A DNA stretch of 63,791 bases, the filler included, from Salisapilia sapeloensis CBS 127946 (lineage: Eukaryota > Protista > Oomycota): assembly GCA_023334545.1 (NCBI GenBank). It is 6 parts of 6 records of this genome, joined end to end, with 100 filler letters (N's around TTAATTAATTAA, not from the genome) between each part and the next. Parts side by side here need not be neighbours in the genome. Positions count along the whole stretch, not along the records: positions 1 to 17,693 come from JAADVB010000335.1; 5 more parts are not named here. The stretch is one strand, 5' to 3'. Of this stretch, positions 1 to 12,246 are shown one piece after another (position 1 is the first letter of the stretch; the number at the start of each line of letters is the position of its first letter). The notes under the pieces were generated by a model. That model was not told the DNA's origin. It made no database searches and saw nothing but the letters and a program-made list of their open reading frames with translations. Made by a program: the position numbers and the translations under genes.

Positions 1-1124
1 GAATATCCGTGTCTGCACCGGATACGAGCGGTCATCAACTGGCCTAACCTTCCGACCATACCTCTCCACATCGTCAACGCAAAATCCATACCCATATGTG
101 CATGTAGGTCATCACAAGATCAAGTCATAATATCCATCAAATGCATAATTAAGATAGATACATGGGTGTGGAATTTCAGAGTAGCGCACTGGGATATCCA
201 AAATACTGCGGGAAGTTTTAGCATGCTCTGCCTCACGCTTAGAATCAAGAAGACTGTGCATTCGCAATACAATAGCTACTATATTAGAGCAAGGCACTTG
301 CCTGTGAAGATAGAATGTATGAGGTCAGTTTAAAATCTGTCTACTTGACATGTCGTAACGCTTTAGTGGAATGCATCAGATACTGGTGAGTGGAATTATG
401 CTCAAACGTTATCCACCCTATATTTCACCACCCTTCTCTGGTCGATTCCAGAAACTAAGTAGATCCACATGAAGAATAATGCAGGTCATTCATAACTTTT
501 AAATCGAGTCGAAATACAGTCGCAAGCGATACGAAGCCCACTCTGCGTTTCTGGAAGAAATGGAAACACCTGATTGCAAATTTCTTGATTTCCATTCCAT
601 GGGAGTTAGTCAAGTGACAAGAAAGATGTGGACTTTAATAAAGCAGTTATTCTCTATGCGCATCGAGGGCAATGCTAGGCGACAGAAATCTAAAATACAA
701 TCAAGTCGTCGAAGGTTAAGCAGTTTGATTTAGCCCACCTCAGAGTGACGTGCTTACTTTCATCTCTTCGTGCTGCTTTGTGAACATTATCAGGAACTTA
801 AGCATGGAACGGGTGTCATCATCCGAATCGAAACTGTGGATAAGATAGAACAAAGGTAGCAGCGAGCGTCACGTGTCTGACATGGTACGGGCGGCAGGAA
901 ACGCTTGATGAGCTTCCAATATTCATTTATTTTTCCATCCTTCCTTGAACTATAGCTTCTAAGTTTCAATTCGAAGATAGGATACCAACAAAAAAGAGCC
1001 GGCGGGAGGTCACGCTTTCCACGAAACAAGTCTATAGCAAGCTCTCTGAGACCTTTGCGTAGTTATGTTGTCATTCTTCCTTTCACCCAGCTAAGCGAAA
1101 AGACCAGGTTACAATCGACACGGC

Positions 1125-3113
1125 ATGGCGAAGTTCGAACTCGGAATCTCGTCTCCTCTAACACAAAGTGAAGAAGACGAGGCAGTTGTGAGCTGGAATG
1201 CACACTCTCCATGCACGACCAACGAAAGAGGATCACTGTTGCTGTTAAACCTGTACGTATACGAGGCAAAAGATTTGTCGATTCGTCCACTCTTTCAAGA
1301 CACTTATGACCATCTTGGCATGCACCTTCGCTGTTACTTGTTCCAATGCAGTAATCAAACTGTGCTATCTAAGATTGTGGAATCAGAGAGCAGCATTCAA
1401 GGCGAGTTAGAGAGTCCAGCTTGGAGACTCGATGGTGAACAGCTTCAGTTTCCACTAGATGATATTTTATCCAAATCAAAACCACAAGAGTACGCGATGG
1501 ACCTGCGACTCGTTGTAGAGATCGTCTGTGGCATTTTTGTCGTCTCCAGCACATCCTTATCACTTCTTTCCTGTCTTGAAAAAGCGGGTGTGGACATTGA
1601 AAAGCTGCATGAACAACCACACGAGTTTGGAAGCCCAGTCGGTAAACAATGGACGAATCTTGGCGGAGGTGAGAGTGGCAGCCTGTACGTGGCATTCACT
1701 ACTACTGCCAACGACACGTTGCATCAGGACGATACAGCATCATCGTTGTCTATGGGCGAGTCGGAAGACATGGATGACGATGAATTTGAAAGAAAGTTTT
1801 TGTGGCAGGAAGAGATAACGGATTCAGTCTACGAAGACCCTCGTATTAACGATAGTGACGGTGAGGGTGAAAGCTCCATTCCGAACATACAAGGCAAAAG
1901 ACAACGCGATATGATGGACACAGACGTCTGGGACTTTTACTGCAACGGTCTAGCAAGGAAAAGCACGCTCGATGGCTCATCCTCACACAAGGATGCCGTC
2001 TACGTTACTCCATCCAAGTCGCCCTGTGATAATTCATTCCCCAGTTCCGACAATCGCGTGTCCAGCATAGCTGGGAGTGAAGTTTTCGCTTTTAATGAAC
2101 GTATTCAGGATCTAGAGAACGCTCTGATGGATATCAAAGTAGAGGACTCCAAGTCTCCAACGACCGAAACGGATGTCGGGTGTCAGACGTTTCCTCAGTA
2201 CATGTACAGCAATACCGCAAGAGAAGGCTCTGGTATCATGCTTTTCGATCCATCAATGCTCGCTACACGATCAGGAGGCATGGCTACTGTCGAGGCGATG
2301 AGCAAAGCCGTATCTTACTACCCGCCGAAGACGCCATCACAAGAGAAGAAGAAAGACGGACGACGTCGCTCACTTCCGATCAATGCACTATATGGAAATC
2401 GAAACTTGGTGCCAAAGTCAAAAGCGAGACCGAATGTCAATGGCGGGTACAAGAAGACACAGATGCCGAGCCCATACACTACAGCAGCGGCAACTGTCGG
2501 TACACCGAACGTTGGCAAGCTGCATGTGCTCTTGGAGGATCCTATTCCAACGGCGAGCGAGACACAGACAGAGGAAGGTAGGCAGCGCAGTGTCTCGATG
2601 CACTCTAATTCAGATCTGCATCGAACGACAAGATCGACCTCTTCCTCCTCCTCCTCCGTTCGTTCGAGTAATTCATCCACCACGGACGTCAAGACACATG
2701 CATTTGGACGAGAGCGTTGTTCAAGCAACACATCGTCGGTCAATTCAAAAGACAGCTATCGATATGGGAAAGACCAAAAATCACGACAAAAGGAGAAGCG
2801 AAAGCACGTGGACAACAAATGGAACCAAGTGGTGATTCGAGGCACATTGTTCACCGTTGGGAAGCTACTGACGATTGGAAACGTCCCTGGTGTGGTTCGG
2901 TATATTGGTCCGACGCACTTGGGTGGTGGCAAGTGGCTGGGAGTGGAGTTATGTCGGCCGAAAGAAGGCGGACACACGGGATCGATCGACGGCTACAAGG
3001 TACGCGACATCTTCCCATCTCCTCATTCCTATCTAACCTCTCTCTTGTAGTATTTTGAGTGTGCACCAGGTCGAGGTGTCTTTGTGCGAGCAAGTGAGTT
3101 GGAAGGCAAGTAG
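1125..3113 (+). CDS. CAP-Gly domain protein (C-terminal CAP-Gly, long low-complexity N-terminus), 2 exons
   Basis: 641-aa ORF ends in GVVRYIGPTHLGGGKWLGVEL...GSIDGYK. Intron 3000-3050 (GT..CTAAC..TAG) joins YFECAPGRGVFVRASELEGK*, completing the CAP-Gly fold. Confidence 0.85.
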
Positions 3114-3165
3114 TCTTATATAGACAACAAGGAAAAGAATTGTGGTCTTGCAAAGCGTTTTGATT

Positions 3166-4544
3166 CTAGTTGTAAACCATGTACTTGGGCGTACTGGAGA
3201 ACTTTTGATATCCTTTGATGACCTTTTCAACACTTTCGAGAAAGTCTTTCTCACTCACGCTCTTGCGTCGAGCTCGAATGGCAAACATACCGGCTTCCGT
3301 ACAGACCGAGTGGAGCTCAGCACCAGTCGTATTCGGACAGAGACGAGCGATGAGCTCGAAACGAATGTTCCGGTCGCAGTTCATGGACTTGGCGTGAATG
3401 CGGAGGATCTGCGTACGACCTTCGAGCTCCGGGAGGTTGAACTCGACCTTTCGGTCCAATCGACCTGGACGCATGAGCGCCGGGTCGAGCGTATCCGGGC
3501 GGTTCGTCGCCATGAGCACCTTAATGTTACCACGCGGATCGAAACCATCGAGCTCCGTGACGATCTGGAGCATCGTCCGCTGGACTTCATTGTCCGTGCC
3601 ACCGTCCTCTCCGCCACTTCGAGCGCCACCGATGGCATCGACTTCATCGAAGAAGACGATACACGCCTTCTTGCTTCGAGCCATGGTGAAGAGCTCTCGG
3701 ACCATTCGAGCGCCTTCGCCAACGTACTTCTGGACGAGTTCACTACCGATGACACGGATGAAGCAGGCGTCCGTACGGTTCGCAACGGCCCGAGCAGAAA
3801 GTGTCTTACCCGTACCGGGTGGACCGTAGAGCAGGACACCCTTTGGAGGGTCGATACCTAGGTTGACGAAGCGTTCCGGGTGGAGAAGAGGGAGCTCGAC
3901 GACTTCACGCAGCTTCTCCAGCGCGTCTTTCGCACCTCCCACATCGTCGTACGTGACATCCGGCTTGTCCTCAACCGTCTATAGTGGTAATCATGTCGTT
4001 AGTCGGTGTACAGTAAACGCTTTAGATGACGACGTACCATGAGAGAGACCGTTGGATCGATTTTTGGCGGCAACGGGATCTGGATCGCATACTTGGTACG
4101 ATCGACACCGACGCGCATACCTTCTTCAATATCGGTCGGCGCGACCTTTTCACCGAGGCCAACGACGAACTTGGCGATCTGCTTGACGTTGATCATGTAC
4201 TTGGCGTCGTCTTCTCCCGGGTTAATGATCTTGGTACAGCGAGCGACTTGGAGCGGCTGCTCTTCCTGCATCATCTGCTTGTCGGACACGAGATCCCACT
4301 GGCTTGGGAGACTGAGACCCGTGTCACTCTCTTTGATGCCCACGAGATCGTTGACTGCGTTCTGAGCTTTCTTAATGTCGTCCTCCACGCGCTTAATTAC
4401 GCGAGAATACGGCCCGAGACCGTACGTTTTCAAGAGAGCGATGTCGCCTTCATCCAGGACGTTCTCCGGTCCGGCCATCAAGTCGTCCTCTTCGTCGTCA
4501 TAGTCCTTGGTGTTGGTCGTCTGGACTTCGCCTCGCTGCGCCAT
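3166..4544 (-). CDS. PSMC2: 26S proteasome AAA-ATPase subunit RPT1 (regulatory subunit 7), 2 exons
   Basis: Motifs [25 protein letters not shown], and the C-terminus [12 protein letters not shown]. Intron 3979-4037 joins PTVSLM to [18 protein letters not shown] at 4544 (MAQRGEV). Confidence 0.97.
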
Positions 4545-4648
4545 GTCGATAAGATTTTTTTCTTTTATGTGGAGAAAGAGTGAGAAAGAAAGAAAAGAAA
4601 AGAAAAAGAGAATTGTGTTCGTTTTATCATTTCCAACTATTTCGGACG

Positions 4649-4960
4649 ATGGCATCGGAGGAGGTGTCTACGAAGGTTGTGATGGCCGAGAAAGAGGACC
4701 CCAAGGATGAAAAGGTCGAAAAGGAAGAAAATGATAGTGAACAAGATGATGAGAGTAGTGAAGAGGAGGAGGATAGTGAAGATGAAAGTGAGAGTGGGGA
4801 GGAGGAACCTGTTGGCTTGGCGTATTTGTACAAGGACATGACGAATGAAGAGGAGGAGGAAGATGAAGATTATGAAGATGAGGGAGCGCCACCAGATGAA
4901 GATATTCCGGAAGAGGAAGAAGAAGACCGTCCTTCTAAAAAGCAAAAGACGAGCGAATAG
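4649..4960 (+). CDS. Small acidic nuclear protein (103 aa) with ANP32E-like H2A.Z-interaction motif
   Basis: ATG 4649. D/E-rich protein containing [28 protein letters not shown] and a basic C-terminal NLS-like RPSKKQK. Inr-like TCATTTCC at 4627. Confidence 0.7.
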   Translation: MASEEVSTKVVMAEKEDPKDEKVEKEENDSEQDDESSEEEEDSEDESESGEEEPVGLAYLYKDMTNEEEEEDEDYEDEGAPPDEDIPEEEEEDRPSKKQKTSE

Positions 4961-6054
4961 AAGGAAATAAAGACCAGACTCGAGCATTACTTTCTACCAA
5001 AGTTATCTCTTATTTTAGATGCATTTGCGATATATTCGCTGGTCAGTACATCGCTACCTCTCACCAATCTGCTGCTCCATCCTACGGACTTGTCTACTAC
5101 TCTTGCTTTCATCTATTGTTGCAAGACTTGGAAACGATTTCCATCTAGTAGGCATGTTCGTTAGCCAAGCGCATCTTGACAGTCAAATATCTGAAGGAAA
5201 CGACCGCAACCTGATATACCAAAATTCTAGAGAATATAATGCATATAGCTACTGTGTGGTTGGGTCCCAAGCATTGTATCGGCATCGTGACCACCGTGAC
5301 CACGCTTAACGAGTTGTATGAAATATTATGTTACAAGATTTTGGTAGATCGTTTGCACAGATTGAAGCTTGGGAGCTGGTAAAAGATAAGCCGTTTAGAT
5401 ATTATTTATAAGGAAACAGCGCCATTTAGTCAGCATCCGGAAACCTGGACTGCTCATCAAATGAGCCAACTGATCGTAGAGTTTCTCATTCTCCTTCCTT
5501 GAGAATGGTCCTCCAATAGCATTAAGCACTCAAAGAGACTTACGATCTCGGCAAAATGCTGGCGGATTGTGAAGACTACTTCTGGTTCCATAGGTCTGCT
5601 TATAGACCGCTCACCTAGTGTGGTCACCTTGAGCTCGTATAAAGTCTTCTTGCCAAGTCATCAACAACCGAGTTATTCTTTTGGTAGCCCATTCAGTCTC
5701 ATTAATCAAACAATCTACGTTGATTTTGTAAGGCCTTTGCATGACTGTAACGACACGTTTAGTTGATACCAACGCTTTCAACATCTCTTTTATTGTTTCT
5801 CCACTAAAATGTACCATGAAAGTCAATAATCTGCTCATATGTCTTATAGTAGATAGCGCCAACGTGTATATGCCAGATACAGTTAGGCTCTAAACATTAC
5901 TCATCGCTTATTGTTAACGAGTGAAATTGTTTCATTGGACTTACCTTGTGCGCCTCAGAATTTTCTCGACTTGCGCTACAGCGAGCAGAACTAGAACGAT
6001 ATTCTGGTATGCTATCTCGCCATGTTGTAGAAACTCAGGCTCATATCAAAGATG

Positions 6055-7469
6055 TCACTCGTACTCGTTTTTCACCAAAAAAAAGAAGCTTTCAAATAGT
6101 TTCCTCGCATTTGGATCCCAAGCCGTGCTAGCAAGATGATTTCCTTTGACACGGTAGACATACCATCTTCCTTTCTCGAAATACTCACTCTCTTGATTCA
6201 TACTATCTACAGATGTGTGCGTTTCACTGCGGGCGCGAAGCTTATGTCCAGATGGTGGCACCCCTTGCAACGCTGCTTCAGACTCGAGTAAAGGAGCTGC
6301 TGCTTCCTCAGTAGATTCCATAGCATGTTGCAGATCGGACGGTGATGGAAACCACGGGCAATCCATTGATTTGACATTGACGATTCCGTCGTTCGAATGC
6401 CAATCATCCGTAGTGCAGTGCTTAAAAGACTTTGGAACAGATTTCGTCACCTCACTCAGTAATCGGCCAACCCAATAGAGTGCCGATAACCACGAAAAGT
6501 TATGCTTCTTCGCCCTGCTCCATATATAAATTGATAATAGCGAAGTAACCAGTACCCGCTGAAGTGCATTGGCTTCCAACCACGCAGGGTTATAAAGTAA
6601 TAGCATGATTCCAAGGAATGCCAATACCTCTAGCTTTGGTGTATGTGCTGAATCGTATGATGTTGCGATGCTTAACAAGTAGATTTTGTCCATTTCTTGA
6701 AGTAACTGATTGCGCCGAACGCATTCACTAGGTAGGATGTTATGAAGTAGATTCTCTCTCTGCATCGTCGTATTGGCACTAACACCAATTAGATCGAAGA
6801 GTGAATGGTCTCTCCACTGCTCCATCCGCATATCGTACAAACACCGCAACGGTGGAAATATGGTGTACAATTTAAACCAAGAGAGAACGGCACCGCAGAA
6901 AACTTTGGCCCGAAGTTTAAATGGAGCTTCGGCGTCATGAATACCTAGGATGTATGGAAGTGTCGTGCCGGTCAATGGACTAGCAATACAAGTGATACTT
7001 CGAACCCATGAGGCGTCGGACCCTACACGAAAGAAATCTTCGCAAAGTAGCTGGTATAATTCCAAAGCGGCTGTGCCGCCACAGCTATGACCGACAAGAT
7101 GAACAGGAACTTGGCTGCTCCATTCGAGAAAGCCTTTGTCATAACTCAAGCCGTAGCGACGATGGCGATATTTCTTTGAATGCTTTTCTCCATAGTCAAC
7201 AGTACCGCCATACAGTTGATAGAACGCTTCGCATGCGCGATCATGGTTTGAAGTGAAAGCTCCACAATCAATCATGATACAATTTGGATTTAGCTCTTTC
7301 AAGTCATCTTCTGGCCAGTAATTGAACGCACGACCGTACAAAGGTCTAGTTTGTCCATACCCAAAGGCACCTACATTAAACTAAAGGTAAGTTCATTCGA
7401 TTGGGGAGACTGCAAAATATATTTTGCACCGTGGATGAGGACAACTGGGAACTTCGTCTTGATCGACAT
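6055..7469 (-). CDS. Lipase-like alpha/beta hydrolase, 2 exons
   Basis: Exon 1 MSIKTKFPVVLIHG, intron 7371-7429, then AFGYGQTRPLYG. Nucleophile elbow VHLVGHSCGG, NDGIV (Asp) and NHLAS (His). Confidence 0.85.
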
Positions 7470-8712
7470 GGTCTTGTCGCCTAAGAGGTATTTCGATTAC
7501 TGAATACGAGTTCAGCGACTTGATGTAAAAGACTAAAATAGAAGTTGAAACGGACGATGTTTATGTCGATACGACTTGCTCCATCTTGCATTGCAAGCCA
7601 TGAAGGCGTTCGCAAGTCTGATAAAACAGACCCTAGTCGGTAGACGGAGCCAGTCAGAAAGTAACCGGTTTCCTAGCTCTAATCTATGGAAACGAAACGC
7701 AGGCACGATGCTCAAATGCTAAAGTACAGGATCGAGTTTGCTTCATGAATGTAAACATTTATAGGACAAACTGGGCATTATCAATCATAACGGGAGCTCA
7801 CATTAGAAGGCAGGTATAGGGACTGAACAATGAATACATATACCATGGGATGTGATGGCAACAACAGCAGTGGTAACTTGGTATGTGAATACGCATATTA
7901 GTTTTTCACTTTTAATTCTTACCATCAGTTCAATTGTTTATCTAGACAAATATTTTGTTGATAGCAAGATGAAAAATCATGTAAATGTCGGTCCCTGCGT
8001 TGCTGTCAGCTTCACTTTAGTACTCTCTGCGCATCATGGACGTATGAGGTTTGTTGGTGGAATATAAATCTAATGTAGCCTTGTTAAAATTATCATTCAT
8101 CTTCGTTAGAATTCATTCGAGCATGTGCATGAACTGTTCAATTGGTTCCACTACTGTATAAACACTCGCTTACACTCATTTATTCTTACTTTATAACCCA
8201 CTGACAGGCAAGTCCAGTATCAGTCCTGTGAATCTGATTGAACCATTTTTTCGATCAGTCTTCATATTGGCCTATTGAAATTTATGTATCTCGTTGTCAT
8301 CGTTAGATTGTAGAGCAAGATTAGTCTATGATCACGTTATTAATCAAACATTCATATATTTATATTTATGAAATATATTAAATAAACATCCATACGGATT
8401 CATCCGTTCGTACCAATCTCGACCACTCTAATAATTGAATCCGCATGCTGTTCTATCCAAATAGGCACAATCACTACCGCTTATACCCAAACACAGCACC
8501 TCTACGATACCACAGAAAGTATCTATCTATTTCCTTCCGTTTAGATAAGTCCTACTCGTCCCTCTTGACACGTCTGTAGACAACTTCTTAGCTTTCATCC
8601 CACTAGTTCAAACGCAGTAGACAACAAAAACGACTTCTACTGGCGTCAAACGGAGTTCATTTCCATCTATTTCGCTCAGCACCTTATGCCACAAGTTCCC
8701 AAGTTTCTCTCG

Positions 8713-10231
8713 TTAAACTACTATTCGCTGATACGGAGTCTCACTCCCAGCCTCTAAGTCTTCTTTCAAAGGCGTCTTTTCATTCATCTCGTCATTCAAT
8801 CCTTTGTTTTTCTTGTACAAATTCGTTTGGGACGCACGATGGGACGGTGACAATGGCATGAACCCTCCAAAGTGGCCACTAGCAAATCTCCCTAGGCGGG
8901 AAGAATGTTCTGAAGTATTCCCATCCACATCCTCGTCGTCCTCTTCACCATGTTTTGCAAGTAGATATATCCCACCAATAATGACTAATAAGTCGTTAGT
9001 ACACTTGTCATTACCTTTGGTCGTATGATAAATACGTACAGACGAGGGCAATGGGGAGGCAGATCCATTCAAACATCGTAAACTCTCGATACTTTTCGTA
9101 AAAGACGACGCCACTGAGTACACTTGACTAGATCATGACATGAGTGTCGAGGGTAAAAGAGCTAGACATACGACTACGTACACCAATCCAAAAACACTGG
9201 AACATGGGAAATACCGACAGTGTGTCCCCCGTCATAATCGCTCGATTGAGCAAGTCCGTCTGTCCCACGAGCGTCGCGATCATGCCACCGACAAAGAGGT
9301 AGGTTGTAAAGTAGACAAATTGGTTGTCTCCTCGTAGCGTCAAGATCAGCAAGATCGATGCACACTACACACTCGTTAGCATGACCAGGAACAAAAGAGG
9401 AGAAGGATGAAAGTACTTTGGCGAGAAGAACGGAGAAGGAGCCGCAGATACCGGATGCTGTGGCGTACAGATAGGGAAGTGTCCTACGTGTGCTTTCATT
9501 GCCTCGAACGGGTAGACGGAGGACGGCCTGGATTTCAGCGAAGAGTCCGAACAAGATGCCTGCCATGATGGCGAGGTAGACGAGAAACGAGAGCTGTATG
9601 AACTGCCACTCGAGCTCTTCCAAGGACATAGGTTTGTCTGGCTTGTTCACGACTGTCGAAAGGACGACGCCGACGATGATGCACATGGTACCGATAATAT
9701 CGGATCGAGTTAATTTCTACTTGTCGGCATGAGAACATTGTAGTAGGGAAGAGAAATAGATGTGTACTTGTCCAAGCCACAAGTGTGCAAAGAAGACGTT
9801 GGCGAGGACTGTGCAGCCACCTCCGACGGACGCGACGAGCGCTTGGGGGGCAAACCTATTGACTAGCATGAGTTCCAAGACGACTGTATACGGAACAACG
9901 AGGCCAACCCGAGCGCTTCAAAGTCACCGACAGCACCAAGGACAATGAGAATCATGCCTATAATCCATATTGGCTGCGTATAGTACTGTCGACGCTTGTA
10001 TGCCGGCACTTTTTCTTCCTATTCCATTCAATCGAATGAATACAAGTACATGTACACCAATATGATGAGATGACATACGCGAACGTGAGATAGCTTCTGG
10101 ACGTTGACACCCAAGTTGGAAAGGATGGCTGAAACGATGACAATGATGAAGCCGATCCATTTATATAGCAAAGATGTGTCGTCATCACTAAAGCTGTCCT
10201 CTGGCGGCATGAATGTCGTCGGATCACTCAT
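8713..10231 (-). CDS. NIPA-family Mg2+ transporter (DMT superfamily), multi-exon
   Basis: IGFIIVIVSAILSNLGVNVQKLSH, ASGICGSFSVLLAK, QTDLLNRAIM and VIIGGIYLL are spread over exons with GT-AG introns. Internal exon boundaries were not all resolved. Confidence 0.85.
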
Positions 10232-10548
10232 TTCTTAACTAGGAAATGAAAACGAGCAAGTAAGTCGATAGGCTACTTGCGATTCTCGAGGTAACGATGT
10301 CTCAAACGAACTTTTCTCCCGCAAAAGACAAAGAGACCGAGGAGCAAGCGACAGACTGACCGACGAGCTCCAAGCGGACGATCTGGTTTGATCGTCTGGT
10401 GGTGCGTTTCCAGTATAATACTAACGGTTTATCATACAGCTTGTAAGGAAAATGCTACTATTTTTATTCTGAGTCCATGTTGATGGCATCCGAAAACCGA
10501 AAGTAGTGTGGACGACATACATTTGTCCAACTTGAAGTTGGCAAAGAG

Positions 10549-11154
10549 CTATAGAGCCTTAATGGGTGCCATGGCAGCTTCGATGCGAAGTACAGCTTCC
10601 TTGAGCTCTTTTAGATCTTTGGAAAAGTCTTCTCTTTCCATGTGGATGGCCCGTTTCCTCTCATGTAGCTCGCCCAAGACGATGGCATCGCGTCTTTTCA
10701 GGATTTCTTCCTGTACCTCATCCGCTCGGTTCGGTGCGAAGAGGTACGCTTCTGGAAATGGACTACCTTGTCCAGCCGTCTGGACTTCAATGCAGCAGAT
10801 ACCAAAGTATCTATGTAAAATCGACTGACGAACATTGACATCTTGGATACGGTCCAAAGGAATGAATTTCGAGGCATGATTGATAAAACCTCGTTCGAAA
10901 ATGAGTTTCGTATCCGTCAGACGACATTTTTGGGACGTCACTTCTTGTTGGATGAGCCATCGGGCAGCAAGGAAGAGAGCTGACATGAATATCGCTACTG
11001 GCCAGAAAATCACCACGACTGCAATCGTAATAAGTGACAAAGCGAGCGCCGTATGTGTCCAAACAAAGCTGATGCCTCCATCAAAGTCAAATGTGATGGC
11101 GTACGAGTTTTCGCTCGGAGATTCCAAAAGCAATGATGCGTCTTCCGTCGTCAT
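10549..11154 (-). CDS. Membrane protein with bacterial PH domain (bPH_2/YdbS-like)
   Basis: Two hydrophobic helices followed by LTDTKLIFERGFINHASKFIPLDRIQDVNVRQSILHRYFGICCIEVQTAG. Single exon, 201 aa. Confidence 0.75.
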   Translation of the reverse strand: MTTEDASLLLESPSENSYAITFDFDGGISFVWTHTALALSLITIAVVVIFWPVAIFMSALFLAARWLIQQEVTSQKCRLTDTKLIFERGFINHASKFIPLDRIQDVNVRQSILHRYFGICCIEVQTAGQGSPFPEAYLFAPNRADEVQEEILKRRDAIVLGELHERKRAIHMEREDFSKDLKELKEAVLRIEAAMAPIKAL

Positions 11155-11346
11155 GCCTCAGTCTTATGATTAAGATCAAGTAATGAACCCAACAATACCA
11201 AACTACGGAAAGACTACCGCTTTCAATAAAGAAATTCTCAAAATAGCCCTTTTATTCTTGGTCTTACTCTCCTTCTCCTGCACGAAGTGTACAGGACTTA
11301 CGGCGGATGGGCATTCACGGATATGCAGAAATGGAAATACGTTCAA

Positions 11347-11886
11347 CTACATGGCAAAAGCCAGTACAGCCGACGCGGCGACTGCAGCAACCGATACCAT
11401 CGCCGTCGTCGCCGAATCAGATCCATCCGGGTTGTCGGCCCCCCTCGAATCAGAATCAGATCCATTCTCGGACGACGCCGAGTCGCTGCCGACTTCGCTC
11501 CCCGAGTCGTCCGACCCGCTGAGACTGGGGAAGTCAAAGTCGTAGCTTGCAGAGAAGCTGGCGTCGGTAAAGGCTTTTTGCATGATTTTCATAAATTCTT
11601 CCTTGGTTAATTCGCCATCCTCCGGGTCAAACAGTGCCGTGAGTGCAGGGTCGTCCTTAATCTCGCTCTTGACGTAGTCGAGCATCGTTTCAAAGGCCTC
11701 ACTCGACACGTCGTCTAGAGTCGCCGAGCTACCACTTCCACCCAACAACTCGGAGAGCGACGAATCATCTCCGAATTTATCTTTTAGTTGGTTGATGAAA
11801 TCATTGTACCCGTCCTCGATGTCCGACCCAGCGGAGGACTGGGCGTACACGTTTGCAAAGAATAGCGTTAAGAAGAGCAGCTTCAT
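11347..11886 (-). CDS. Secreted, probably GPI-anchored acidic surface protein
   Basis: Likely start MKLLFLTLFFANVYAQ (signal peptide) at 11886, a Ser/Asp-rich stalk, and a hydrophobic C-terminus TTAMVSVAAVAASAVLAFAM. Confidence 0.75.
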   Translation of the reverse strand: MKLLFLTLFFANVYAQSSAGSDIEDGYNDFINQLKDKFGDDSSLSELLGGSGSSATLDDVSSEAFETMLDYVKSEIKDDPALTALFDPEDGELTKEEFMKIMQKAFTDASFSASYDFDFPSLSGSDDSGSEVGSDSASSENGSDSDSRGADNPDGSDSATTAMVSVAAVAASAVLAFAM

Positions 11887-12246
11887 CGCCTCCCAGGAAG
11901 TGCGGTTTTGGACGAACCTTCGCATCAAGCGGGTTAATTTTGCCCCTTTTCTACCAATCAACGCGCGTATGACACAGATTGCGCCAATTGAAACCGGCTC
12001 ATGCAAATTTCTAGCCATATGCGGTGGTATGGATTTTCCAGTACGATTTCTCGCGCTCACTCGAACCTTGTTTCCTGGCGCAATGGAGGGCTTGCATCCA
12101 ATGTATGCACCAGGTTCACAATAGATACCTTGTTGGCATGTATTTGCATCCATAACTACCATGGAATATGTTCAACACATTCTTCGGCGATCTGGTTGTT
12201 AAGCGGTACATATGTGGTACACTGGATCAAAACGACAAACTAAAAG

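Noticed and set aside
790-1029. EYWKLIKRFLP resembling the end of a Merlin/IS1595-type transposase
   Set aside because: No upstream catalytic motifs or TIRs were found, and the match is too short.
3142-4583. Long plus-strand ORFs (239, 143 and 185 aa) opposite RPT1
   Set aside because: Antisense shadows of a conserved, codon-biased gene, with no motifs or promoter evidence. By contrast, the Gypsy antisense ORF has a non-overlapping N-terminal third and its own promoter.
5000-5900. Possible relic coding sequence on the minus strand between the ZID gene and the lipase
   Set aside because: Many stops and no recognisable motif, so no call can be supported without a search.
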